DNA of 64,000 nucleotides from Eledone cirrhosa (taxonomy: Eukaryota). The first letter of the stretch is position 1. Every line of letters starts with the position of its first letter. Of the stretch, positions 1 to 15,000 are shown piece by piece. The notes below the pieces were generated by a model. It did no database searches, was not told the DNA's origin, and saw only the letters and a program-made list of their open reading frames with translations. Made by a program: the position numbers and the translations under genes. The stretch is from assembly GCA_964016885.1 (NCBI GenBank), contig OZ024740.1, positions 28,086,001 to 28,150,000 of the forward strand, in the 5' to 3' direction.

Positions 1-3000
1 GTGATTTTCCTGACTATATGTGATTTCCCGCAGTATATGTGATTTTCCTGAGTATATGTGATTTTCCTGAGTATATGTGATCTTCCTGAGTATATGTGAT
101 TTTCCTGAGTATACGTGATTTTCCTGAGTATATGTGATTTTCCTCAGTATATGTGATTTTTCTGAGTATATGTGATCTTCCTGAGTATATGTGATTTCCC
201 TGACTATATGTGATTTTCCTGATTATATGTGATCTTCCTGAGTATATCTGATTTTCCTGAGTATATGTGATTTCCCTGAGTATATGTGATTTTCCTGAGT
301 ACATGTGATTTTCATGACTATATGTTATTTTCCTGAGTATATGTGATTTTCATGACTATGTGATTTTCCTGACAATATGTGATTTTCCTGAGTATATGTG
401 ATTTTCCTGAGTATATGTGATTTTCCTGAGTGTATGTGATTTTCCTGAGTATATGTGATTTTCCTGACTATATGTGGTTTTCTTGAGTATATGTGATCTT
501 CCTGAGTATATGTGATTTTCCTGAGTATGTGCGATTTTCCTGAGTATATGTGATTTTCCTGACTATATGAGATCTTCCTGAGTTTATATGATTTTCCTGA
601 ATATATGTGATTTTCCTGAGTATATGTGATTTTCCTGAGTATATATGATTTTCCTGACTATATGTGATTTCCCTGAGTATATGTGATTTGTCTGAGTATA
701 TGTGATTTCACTAGGTATATGTGATTTTCCTGAGTATATGTGATTTTCCTGAGTATATGTGATTTCCTGACTATATGTGATTTTCTTGAGTATATGTGAT
801 TTTCCTGAGTATAAGTGATTTCCCTGAGTATATGTGATTTTCCTGACTATTTGTAATTTTCCTGGCTGTATGTGATTTTCTTGACTATATGTGATTTTCC
901 TGAGTATATGTGATTTCCCTGACTATATGTGATTTCCCGGAGTATATGTGATTTTCCTGACTATATGTGATTTTCCTGACAATATGTGATTTTCCTGAGT
1001 ATGTGTGATTTCCCTGAGTATATGTGATTTTCATGAGAATATGTGATATTCCTGAGTATATGTGATTTTCCTGATTATATGTGATTTTCCTGAGTATATG
1101 TGATCTTCCTGAGTATATGTGATTTTCCTGAGTATATGCGAATTTCCTGAGTATATGTGATTTTGCTGAGTATATGTGATTTCCTTGAGTATATGTGATT
1201 TCCCTGACTATATGTGATTTTCCTGAGTATATGTGATTTCCCTGAGTATATGTGATCTTCCTGAGTATATGTGATTTTCCTGAGTATATGCGATTTTCCG
1301 AGTATATGTGATTTTCCTGACTATATGTGATCTTCCTGAGTATATGTGATTTTCCTGAGTATATGTGATTTTCCTGACTATTTGTGATTTTCCTGAGTAT
1401 ATGTGATTTTCCTGACTATAAGTGATTTTCCTGAGTATACGTGATTTTCCTGACTATATGTGATTTTCTTGAGTATATGTGATTTTCCTGAGTATATGTG
1501 ATTTTCCTGAGTATATGTGATTTCCCTGAGTATATGTGATTTTCCTGACTATTTGTGATTTTCCTGACAGTATGTGATTTTCCTGAGTATATGTGATTTT
1601 CCTGACTATATGTGATTTTCCTGAGTATATGTGATTTCCCTGACTATATGTGATTTTCCTGAGTATATGTGATTTTCCTGAGTATATGTGATTTTTCTGA
1701 GTATATGTGATCTTCCTGAGTATATGTGATTTCCCTGACTATATGTGATTTTCCTGATTATATGTGATCTTCCTGAGTATATCTGATTTTCCTGAGTATA
1801 TGTGATTTCCCTGAGTATATGTGATTTTCCTGAGTACATGTGAATTTCATGACTATATGTGATTTTCCTGAGTATATGTGATTTTCATGACTATGTGATT
1901 TTCCTGACAATATGTGATTTTCCTGAGTATATGTGATTTTCCTGAGTATATGTGATTTCCTGAGTGTATGTGATTTTCCTGAGTATATGTGATTTTCCTG
2001 ACTATATGTGGTTTTCTTGAGTATATGTGATCTTCCTGAGTATATGTGATTTTCCTGAGTATATGCGATTTTCCTGAGTATATGTGATTTTCCTGACTAT
2101 ATGAGATCTTCCTGAGTTTATATGATTTCCCTGAATATATGTGATTTTCCTGAGTATATGTGATTTTCCTGAGTATATATGATTTTCCTGACTATATGTG
2201 ATTTCCCTGAGTATATGTGATTTGTCTGAGTATATGTGATTTCACTAGGTATATGTGATTTTCCTGAGTATATGTGATTTTCCTGACTATATGTGATTTT
2301 CCTGACTATGTGATTTTCCTGAGTATATGTGATTTTCCTGACTATATGTGATTTTCTTGAGTATATGTGATTTTCCTGAGTATAAGTGATTTCCCGGAGT
2401 ATATGTGATTTTCCTGAGTATATGTGATCTTCCTGAGTATATGTGATTTTCCTGAGTATATGTGATTTTCCTGACTATATGTGATTTTCCTGAGTATATG
2501 CGATTTCCCTGAGTATATGTGATTTCCTGAGTATATGTGATTTTCATGACTATATGTGATTTCCCAGAGTATATGTGATTTTCATGACTATGTGATTTTC
2601 CTGACAATATGTGTTTTTCCTGAGTATATGTGATTTTCTTGAGTATATAAAATTTCCCTGAGTATATGTGATTTTCCTGAGCATATGTGATTTTCCTGAC
2701 TATATGTGATTTCCCGCAGTATATGTGATTTTCCTGAGTATATGTGATTTTCCTGAGTATATGTGATCTTCCTGAGTATATGTGATTTTCCTGAGTATAC
2801 GTGATTTTCCTGAGTATATGTGATTTTCCTCAGTATATGTGATTTTTCTGAGTATATGTGATCTTCCTGAGTATATGTGATTTCCCTGACTATATGTGAT
2901 TTTCCTGATTATATGTGATCTTCCTGAGTATATCTGATTTTCCTGAGTATATGTGATTTCCCTGAGTATATGTGATTTTCCTGAGTACATGTGATTTTCC

Positions 3001-6000
3001 TGACAATATGTGATTTTCCTGAGTATATGTGATTTTCCTGAGTATATGTGATTTTCCTGAGTGTATGTGATTTTCCTGAGTATATGTGATTTTCCTGACT
3101 ATATGTGGTTTTCTTGAGTATATGTGATCTTCCTGAGTATATGTGATTTTCCTGAGTATGTGCGATTTTCCTGAGTATATGTGATTTTCCTGACTATATG
3201 AGATCTTCCTGAGTTTATATGATTTCCCTGAATATATGTGATTTTCCTGAGTATATGTGATTTTCCTGACTATATGTGATTTCCCTGAGTATATGTGATT
3301 TGTCTGAGTATATGTGATTTCACTAGGTATATGTGATTTTCCTGAGTACATGTGATTTTCCTGAGTATATGTGATTTTCCTGACTATATGTGATTTTCTT
3401 GAGTACATGTGATTTTCCTGAGTATAAGTGATTTCCCTGAGTATATGTGATTTTCCTGACTATTTGTAATTTTCCTGACTGTATGTGATTTTCTTGACTA
3501 TATGTGATTTTCCTGAGTATATGTGATTTCCCTGACTATATGTGATTTCCCGGAGTATATGTGATTTTCCTGAGTATATGTGATCTTCCTGAGTATATGT
3601 GATTTTCCTGAGTATATGTGATTTTCCTGACTATATGTGATTTTCCTGAGTATATGTGATCTTCCTGAGTATATGTGATTTTCCTGAGTATATGCGATTT
3701 CCCTGAGTATATGTGATTTTCCTGAGTATATGTGATTTTCATGACTATATGTGATTTTCCTGAATATATGTGATTTTCCTGACTATGTGTGATATTCCTG
3801 ACAATATGTGATTTTCCTGAGTATGTGTGATTTTCCTGACTATATGTGGTTTTCTTGAGTATATGTGATCTTCCTGAGTATATGTGATTTTCCTGAGTAT
3901 ATGCGATTTTCCTGAGTATATGTGATTTTCCTGACTATATGAGATCTTCCTGAGTTTATATGATTTCCCTGAATATATGTGATTTTCCTGAGTATATGTG
4001 ATTTTCCTGAGTATATATGATTTTCCAGATTATATGTGATTTCCCTGAGTATATGTGATTTGTCTGAGTATATGTGATTTCACTAGGTATATGTGATTTT
4101 CCTGAGTATATGTGATTTTCCTGACTATATGTGATTTTCCTAACTATATGTGATTTTGTTGAGTATATGTGATTTTCCTGAGTATAAGTGATTTCCCTGA
4201 GTATATGTGATTTTCCTGACTATTTGTAATTTTCCTGACTGTATGTGATTTTCTTGACTATATGTGATTTTCCTGACTATATGTGATTTCCCTGACTATA
4301 TGTGATTTCCCGGAGTATATGTGATTTTCCTGAGTATATGTGATCTTCCTGAGTATATGTGATTTTCCTGAGTATATGTGATTTTCCTGACTATATGTGA
4401 TTTTCCTGAGTATATGTGATTTCCCTGACTATATGTGATTTTCCTGAGTATATGTGATTTTCCTGAGTATATGTGATTTCCCTGAGTATATGTGATTTTC
4501 CTGAGTATATGTGATTTTCCTGAATATATGTGATTTCACTGGGTATATGTGATTTTCCTGACTATATGTGATTTCACTGGGTATATGTGATTTTCCTGAC
4601 TATATGTGATTTTCGTGAGTATATGTGATTTTCCTGAGTATATGTGATATTCCTGAGTATATGTGATTTTCATGATTATATGTGATTTTAATGAGTATAT
4701 GTGATTTTCCTGAGTATATGTGATTTCCCTGAGTATATGTGATTTTCATGAGTATATGTGATTTCACTAGGTATATGTGATTTTCCTGACTATATTTGAT
4801 TTTCCTGACTATATGTGATTTCATTGGGTATATGTGATTTTCCTGAGTATATGTGATTTTCCTGAGTATATGTGATTTTCCTGACTATATGTGATTTTCC
4901 TGACTATATGTGATTTTCCTGAGTATACGTGATTTTCCTGACTATATGTGATTTTCTTGAGTATATGTGATTTTCCTGAGTATATGTGATTTTCCTGAGT
5001 ATATGTGATTTCCCTGAGTATATGTGATTTTCCTGACTATTTGTGATTTTCCTGACTGTATGTGATTTTCCTGAGTATATGTGATTTTCCTGACTATATG
5101 TGATTTTCCTGAGTATATGTGATTTCCCTGACTATATGTGATTTTCCTGAGTATATGTGATTTTCCTGAGTATATGTGATTTTTCTGAGTATATGTGATC
5201 TTCCTGAGTATATGTGATTTCCCTGACTATATGTGATTTTCCTGATTATATGTGATCTTCCTGAGTATATCTGATTTTCCTGAGTATATGTGATTTCCCT
5301 GAGTATATGTGATTTTCCTGAGTACATGTGATTTTCAAGACTATATGTGATTTTCCTGAGTATATGTTATTTTCATGACTATGTGATTTTCATGAAAATA
5401 TGTGATTTTCCTGAGTATATGTGATTTTCCTGAGTATATGTGATTTTCCTGAGTGTATGTGATTTTCCTGAGTATATGTGATTTTCCTGACTATATGTGG
5501 TTTTCTTGAGTATATGTGATCTTCCTGAGTATATGTGATTTTCCTGAGTATAAGCGATTTTCCTGAGTATATGTGATTTTCCTGACTATATGAGATCTTC
5601 CTGAGTTTATATGATTTTCCTGAATATATGTGATTTTCCTGAGTATATGTGATTTTCCTGAGTATATATGATTTTCCTGACTATATGTGATTTCCCTGAG
5701 TATATGTGATTTGTCTGAGTATATGTGATTTCACTAGGTATATGTGATTTTCCTGAGTATGTGTGATTTTCCTGAGTATATGTGATTTCCTGACTATATG
5801 TGATTTTCTTGAGTATATGTGATTTTCCTGAGTATAAGTGATTTCCCTGAGTATATGTGATTTTCCTGACTATTTGTAATTTTCCTGGCTGTATGTGATT
5901 TTCTTGACTATATGTGATTTTCCTGAGTATATGTGATTTCCCTGACTATATGTGATTTCCCGGAGTATATGTGATTTTCCTGAGTATATGTGATCTTCCT

Positions 6001-9000
6001 GAGTATATGTGATTTTCCTGAGTATATGTGATTTTCCTGACTATATGTGATTTTCCTGAGTATATGTGATCTTCCTGAGTATATGTGATTTTCCTGAGTA
6101 TATGCGATTTCCCTGAGTATATGTGATTTTCCTGAGTATATGTGATTTTCATGACTATATGTGATTTTCCTGAATATATGTGATTTTCCTGACTATATGT
6201 GATTTTCCTGACAATATGTGATTTTCCTGAGTATGTGTGATTTCCCTGAGTATATGTGATTTTCATGAGAATATGTGATATTCCTGAGTATATGTGATTT
6301 TCCTGATTATATGTGATTTTCCTGAGTATATGTGATCTTCCTGAGTATATGTGATTTTCCTGAGTATATGCGAATTTCCTGAGTATATGTGATTTTGCTG
6401 AGTATATGTGATTTCCTTGAGTATATGTGATTTCCCTGACTATATGTGATTTTCCTGAGTATATGTGATTTCCCTGAGTATATGTGATCTTCCTGAGTAT
6501 ATGTGATTTTCCTGAGTATATGCGATTTTCCGAGTATATGTGATTTTCCTGACTATATGTGATCTTCCTGAGTATATGTGATTTTCCTGAGTATATGTGA
6601 TTTTCCTGACTATTTGTGATTTTCCTGAGTATATGTGATTTTCCTGACTATAAGTGATTTTCCTGAGTATACGTGATTTTCCTGACTATATGTGATTTTC
6701 TTGAGTATATGTGATTTTCCTGAGTATATGTGATTTTCCTGAGTATATGTGATTTCCCTGAGTATATGTGATTTTCCTGACTATTTGTGATTTTCCTGAC
6801 TGTATGTGATTTTCCTGAGTATATGTGATTTTCCTGACTATATGTGATTTTCCTGAGTATATGTGATTTCCCTGACTATATGTGATTTTCCTGAGTATAT
6901 GTGATTTTCCTGAGTATATGTGATTTTTCTGAGTATATGTGATCTTCCTGAGTATATGTGATTTCCCTGACTATATGTGATTTTCCTGATTATATGTGAT
7001 CTTCCTGAGTATATCTGATTTTCCTGAGTATATGTGATTTCCCTGAGTATATGTGATTTTCCTGAGTACATGTGAATTTCATGACTATATGTGATTTTCC
7101 TGAGTATATGTGATTTTCATGACTATGTGATTTTCCTGACAATATGTGATTTTCCTGAGTATATGTGATTTTCCTGAGTATATGTGATTTCCTGAGTGTA
7201 TGTGATTTTCCTGAGTATATGTGATTTTCCTGACTATATGTGGTTTGCTTGAGTATATGTGATCTTCCTGAGTATATGTGATTTTCCTGAGTATATGCGA
7301 TTTTCCTGAGTATATGTGATTTTCCTGACTATATGAGATCTTCCTGAGTTTATATGATTTCCCTGAATATATGTGATTTTCCTGAGTATATGTGATTTTC
7401 CTGAGTATATATGATTTTCCTGACTATATGTGATTTCCCTGAGTATATGTGATTTGTCTGAGTATATGTGATTTCACTAGGTATATGTGATTTTCCTGAG
7501 TATATGTGATTTTCCTGACTATATGTGATTTTCCTGACTATGTGATTTTCCTGAGTATATGTGATTTTCCTGACTATATGTGATTTTCTTGAGTATATGT
7601 GATTTTCCTGAGTATAAGTGATTTCCCGGAGTATATGTGATTTTCCTGAGTATATGTGATCTTCCTGAGTATATGTGATTTTCCTGAGTATATGTGATTT
7701 TCCTGACTATATGTGATTTTCCTGAGTATATGCGATTTCCCTGAGTATATGTGATTTCCTGAGTATATGTGATTTTCATGACTATATGTGATTTCCTAGA
7801 GTATATGTGATTTTCATGACTATGTGATTTTCCTGACAATATGTGTTTTTCCTGAGTATATGTGATTTTCTTGAGTATATAAAATTTCCCTGAGTATATG
7901 TGATTTTCCTGAGCATATGTGATTTTCCTGACTATATGTGATTTCCCGCAGTATATGTGATTTTCCTGAGTATATGTGATTTTCCTGAGTATATGTGATC
8001 TTCCTGAGTATATGTGATTTTCCTGAGTATACGTGATTTTCCTGAGTATATGTGATTTTCCTCAGTATATGTGATTTTTCTGAGTATATGTGATCTTCCT
8101 GAGTATATGTGATTTCCCTGACTATATGTGATTTTCCTGATTATATGTGATCTTCCTGAGTATATCTGATTTTCCTGAGTATATGTGATTTCCCTGAGTA
8201 TATGTGATTTTCCTGAGTACATGTGATTTTCATGACTATATGTTATTTTCCTGAGTATATGTGATTTTCCTGAGTATATGTGATTTTCCTGAGTGTATGT
8301 GATTTTCCTGAGTATATGTGATTTTCCTGACTATATGTGGTTTTCTTGAGTATATGTGATCTTCCTGAGTATATGTGATTTTCCTGAGTATGTGCGATTT
8401 TCCTGAGTATATGTGATTTTCCTGACTATATGAGATCTTCCTGAGTTTATATGATTTTCCTGAATATATGTGATTTTCCTGAGTATATGTGATTTTCCTG
8501 AGTATATATGATTTTCCTGACTATATGTGATTTCCCTGAGTATATGTGATTTGTCTGAGTATATGTGATTTCACTAGGTATATGTGATTTTCCTGAGTAT
8601 ATGTGATTTTCCTGAGTATATGTGATTTCCTGACTATATGTGATTTTCTTGAGTATATGTGATTTTCCTGAGTATAAGTGATTTCCCTGAGTATATGTGA
8701 TTTTCCTGACTATTTGTAATTTTCCTGGCTGTATGTGATTTTCTTGACTATATGTGATTTTCCTGAGTATATGTGATTTCCCTGACTATATGTGATTTCC
8801 CGGAGTATATGTGATTTTCCTGACTATATGTGATTTTCCTGACAATATGTGATTTTCCTGAGTATGTGTGATTTCCCTGAGTATATGTGATTTTCATGAG
8901 AATATGTGATATTCCTGAGTATATGTGATTTTCCTGATTATATGTGATTTTCCTGAGTATATGTGATCTTCCTGAGTATATGTGATTTTCCTGAGTATAT

Positions 9001-12000
9001 GCGAATTTCCTGAGTATATGTGATTTTGCTGAGTATATGTGATTTCCTTGAGTATATGTGATTTCCCTGACTATATGTGATTTTCCTGAGTATATGTGAT
9101 TTCCCTGAGTATATGTGATCTTCCTGAGTATATGTGATTTTCCTGAGTATATGCGATTTTCCGAGTATATGTGATTTTCCTGACTATATGTGATCTTCCT
9201 GAGTATATGTGATTTTCCTGAGTATATGTGATTTTCCTGACTATATGAGATCTTCCTGAGTTTATATGATTTTCCTGAATATATGTGATTTTCCTGAGTA
9301 TATGTGATTTTCCTGAGTATATATGATTTTCCTGACTATATGTGATTTCCCTGAGTATATGTGATTTGTCTGAGTATATGTGATTTCACTAGGTATATGT
9401 GATTTTCCTGAGTATATGTGATTTTCCTGAGTATATGTGATTTCCTGACTATATGTGATTTTCTTGAGTATATGTGATTTTCCTGAGTATAAGTGATTTC
9501 CCTGAGTATATGTGATTTTCCTGACTATTTGTAATTTTCCTGGCTGTATGTGATTTTCTTGACTATATGTGATTTTCCTGAGTATATGTGATTTCCCTGA
9601 CTATATGTGATTTCCCGGAGTATATGTGATTTTCCTGAGTATATGTGATCTTCCTGAGTATATGTGATTTTCCTGAGTATATGTGATTTTCCTGACTATA
9701 TGTGATTTTCCTGAGTATATGTGATCTTCCTGAGTATATGTGATTTTCCTGAGTATATGCGATTTCCCTGAGTATATGTGATTTTCCTGAGTATATGTGA
9801 TTTTCATGACTATATGTGATTTTCCTGAATATATGTGATTTTCCTGACTATATGTGATTTTCCTGACAATATGTGATTTTCCTGAGTATGTGTGATTTCC
9901 CTGAGTATATGTGATTTTCATGAGAATATGTGATATTCCTGAGTATATGTGATTTTCCTGATTATATGTGATTTTGCTGAGTATATGTGATCTTCCTGAG
10001 TATATGTGATTTTCCTGAGTATATGCGAATTTCCTGAGTATATGTGATTTTGCTGAGTATATGTGATTTCCTTGAGTATATGTGATTTCCCTGACTATAT
10101 GTGATTTTCCTGAGTATATGTGATTTCCCTGAGTATATGTGATCTTCCTGAGTATATGTGATTTTCCTGAGTATATGCGATTTTCCGAGTATATGTGATT
10201 TTCCTGACTATATGTGATCTTCCTGAGTATATGTGATTTTCCTGAGTATATGTGATTTTCCTGACTATTTGTGATTTTCCTGAGTATATGTGATTTTCCT
10301 GACTATAAGTGATTTTCCTGAGTATACGTGATTTTCCTGACTATATGTGATTTTCTTGAGTATATGTGATTTTCCTGAGTATATGTGATTTTCCTGAGTA
10401 TATGTGATTTCCCTGAGTATATGTGATTTTCCTGACTATTTGTGATTTTCCTGACTGTATGTGATTTTCCTGAGTATATGTGATTTTCCTGACTATATGT
10501 GATTTTCCTGAGTATATGTGATTTCCCTGACTATATGTGATTTTCCTGAGTATATGTGATTTTCCTGAGTATATGTGATTTTTCTGAGTATATGTGATCT
10601 TCCTGAGTATATGTGATTTCCCTGACTATATGTGATTTTCCTGATTATATGTGATCTTCCTGAGTATATCTGATTTTCCTGAGTATATGTGATTTCCCTG
10701 AGTATATGTGATTTTCCTGAGTACATGTGAATTTCATGACTATATGTGATTTTCCTGAGTATATGTGATTTTCATGACTATGTGATTTTCCTGACAATAT
10801 GTGATTTTCCTGAGTATATGTGATTTTCCTGAGTATATGTGATTTCCTGAGTGTATGTGATTTTCCTGAGTATATGTGATTTTCCTGACTATATGTGGTT
10901 TGCTTGAGTATATGTGATCTTCCTGAGTATATGTGATTTTCCTGAGTATATGCGATTTTCCTGAGTATATGTGATTTTCCTGACTATATGAGATCTTCCT
11001 GAGTTTATATGATTTCCCTGAATATATGTGATTTTCCTGAGTATATGTGATTTTCCTGAGTATATATGATTTTCCTGACTATATGTGATTTCCCTGAGTA
11101 TATGTGATTTGTCTGAGTATATGTGATTTCACTAGGTATATGTGATTTTCCTGAGTATATGTGATTTTCCTGACTATATGTGATTTTCCTGACTATGTGA
11201 TTTTCCTGAGTATATGTGATTTTCCTGACTATATGTGATTTTCTTGAGTATATGTGATTTTCCTGAGTATAAGTGATTTCCCGGAGTATATGTGATTTTC
11301 CTGAGTATATGTGATCTTCCTGAGTATATGTGATTTTCCTGAGTATATGTGATTTTCCTGACTATATGTGATTTTCCTGAGTATATGCGATTTCCCTGAG
11401 TATATGTGATTTCCTGAGTATATGTGATTTTCATGACTATATGTGATTTCCTAGAGTATATGTGATTTTCATGACTATGTGATTTTCCTGACAATATGTG
11501 TTTTTCCTGAGTATATGTGATTTTCTTGAGTATATAAAATTTCCCTGAGTATATGTGATTTTCCTGAGCATATGTGATTTTCCTGACTATATGTGATTTC
11601 CCGCAGTATATGTGATTTTCCTGAGTATATGTGATTTTCCTGAGTATATGTGATCTTCCTGAGTATATGTGATTTTCCTGAGTATACGTGATTTTCCTGA
11701 GTATATGTGATTTTCCTCAGTATATGTGATTTTTCTGAGTATATGTGATCTTCCTGAGTATATGTGATTTCCCTGACTATATGTGATTTTCCTGATTATA
11801 TGTGATCTTCCTGAGTATATCTGATTTTCCTGAGTATATGTGATTTCCCTGAGTATATGTGATTTTCCTGAGTACATGTGATTTTCATGACTATATGTTA
11901 TTTTCCTGAGTATATGTGATTTTCATGACTATGTGATTTTCCTGACAATATGTGATTTTCCTGAGTATATGTGATTTTCCTGAGTATATGTGATTTTCCT

Positions 12001-15000
12001 GAGTGTATGTGATTTTCCTGAGTATATGTGATTTTCCTGACTATATGTGGTTTTCTTGAGTATATGTGATCTTCCTGAGTATATGTGATTTTCCTGAGTA
12101 TGTGCGATTTTCCTGAGTATATGTGATTTTCCTGACTATATGAGATCTTCCTGAGTTTATATGATTTTCCTGAATATATGTGATTTTCCTGAGTATATGT
12201 GATTTTCCTGAGTATATATGATTTTCCTGACTATATGTGATTTCCCTGAGTATATGTGATTTGTCTGAGTATATGTGATTTCACTAGGTATATGTGATTT
12301 TCCTGAGTATATGTGATTTTCCTGAGTATATGTGATTTCCTGACTATATGTGATTTTCTTGAGTATATGTGATTTTCCTGAGTATAAGTGATTTCCCTGA
12401 GTATATGTGATTTTCCTGACTATTTGTAATTTTCCTGGCTGTATGTGATTTTCTTGACTATATGTGATTTTCCTGAGTATATGTGATTTCCCTGACTATA
12501 TGTGATTTCCCGGAGTATATGTGATTTTCCTGACTATATGTGATTTTCCTGACAATATGTGATTTTCCTGAGTATGTGTGATTTCCCTGAGTATATGTGA
12601 TTTTCATGAGAATATGTGATATTCCTGAGTATATGTGATTTTCCTGATTATATGTGATTTTCCTGAGTATATGTGATCTTCCTGAGTATATGTGATTTTC
12701 CTGAGTATATGCGAATTTCCTGAGTATATGTGATTTTGCTGAGTATATGTGATTTCCTTGAGTATATGTGATTTCCCTGACTATATGTGATTTTCCTGAG
12801 TATATGTGATTTCCCTGAGTATATGTGATCTTCCTGAGTATATGTGATTTTCCTGAGTATATGCGATTTTCCGAGTATATGTGATTTTCCTGACTATATG
12901 TGATCTTCCTGAGTATATGTGATTTTCCTGAGTATATGTGATTTTCCTGACTATTTGTAATTTTCCTGAGAATATGTGATTTTCCTGACTATAAGTGATT
13001 TTCCTGAGTATACGTGATTTTCCTGACTATATGTGATTTTCTTGAGTATATGTGATTTTCCTGAGTATATGTGATTTTCCTGAGTATATGTGATTTCCCT
13101 GAGTATATGTGATTTTCCTGACTATTTGTGATTTTCCTGACAGTATGTGATTTTCCTGAGTATATGTGATTTTCCTGACTATATGTGATTTTCCTGAGTA
13201 TATGTGATTTCCCTGACTATATGTGATTTTCCTGAGTATATGTGATTTTCCTGAGTATATGTGATTTTTCTGAGTATATGTGATCTTCCTGAGTATATGT
13301 GATTTCCCTGACTATATGTGATTTTCCTGATTATATGTGATCTTCCTGAGTATATATGATTTTCCTGAGTATATGTGATTTCCCTGAGTATATGTGATTT
13401 TCCTGAGTACATGTGAATTTCATGACTATATGTGATTTTCCTGAGTATATGTGATTTTCATGACTATGTGATTTTCCTGACAATATGTGATTTTCCTGAG
13501 TATATGTGATTTTCCTGAGTATATGTGATTTCCTGAGTGTATGTGATTTTCCTGAGTATATGTGATTTTCCTGACTATATGTGGTTTTCTTGAGTATATG
13601 TGATCTTCCTGAGTATATGTGATTTTCCTGAGTATATGCGATTTTCCTGAGTATATGTGATTTTCCTGACTATATGAGATCTTCCTGAGTTTATATGATT
13701 TCCCTGAATATATGTGATTTTCCTGAGTATATGTGATTTTCCTGAGTATATATGATTTTCCTGACTATATGTGATTTCCCTGAGTATATGTGATTTGTCT
13801 GAGTATATGTGATTTCACTAGGTATATGTGATTTTCCTGAGTATATGTGATTTTCCTGACTATATGTGATTTTCCTGACTATGTGATTTTCCTGAGTATA
13901 TGTGATTTTCCTGACTATATGTGATTTTCTTGAGTATATGTGATTTTCCTGAGTATATGTGATTTTCCTGATTATATGTGATTTTGCTGAGTATATGTGA
14001 TCTTCCTGAGTATATGTGATTTTCCTGAGTATATGCGAATTTCCTGAGTATATGTGATTTTGCTGAGTATATGTGATTTCCTTGAGTATATGTGATTTCC
14101 CTGACTATATGTGATTTTCCTGAGTATATGTGATTTCCCTGAGTATATGTGATCTTCCTGAGTATATGTGATTTTCCTGAGTATATGCGATTTTCCGAGT
14201 ATATGTGATTTTCCTGACTATATGTGATCTTCCTGAGTATATGTGATTTTCCTGAGTATATGTGATTTTCCTGACTATTTGTGATTTTCCTGAGTATATG
14301 TGATTTTCCTGACTATAAGTGATTTTCCTGAGTATACGTGATTTTCCTGACTATATGTGATTTTCTTGAGTATATGTGATTTTCCTGAGTATATGTGATT
14401 TTCCTGAGTATATGTGATTTCCCTGAGTATATGTGATTTTCCTGACTATTTGTGATTTTCCTGACTGTATGTGATTTTCCTGAGTATATGTGATTTTCCT
14501 GACTATATGTGATTTTCCTGAGTATATGTGATTTCCCTGACTATATGTGATTTTCCTGAGTATATGTGATTTTCCTGAGTATATGTGATTTTTCTGAGTA
14601 TATGTGATCTTCCTGAGTATATGTGATTTCCCTGACTATATGTGATTTTCCTGATTATATGTGATCTTCCTGAGTATATCTGATTTTCCTGAGTATATGT
14701 GATTTCCCTGAGTATATGTGATTTTCCTGAGTACATGTGAATTTCATGACTATATGTGATTTTCCTGAGTATATGTGATTTTCATGACTATGTGATTTTC
14801 CTGACAATATGTGATTTTCCTGAGTATATGTGATTTTCCTGAGTATATGTGATTTCCTGAGTGTATGTGATTTTCCTGAGTATATGTGATTTTCCTGACT
14901 ATATGTGGTTTGCTTGAGTATATGTGATCTTCCTGAGTATATGTGATTTTCCTGAGTATATGCGATTTTCCTGAGTATATGTGATTTTCCTGACTATATG

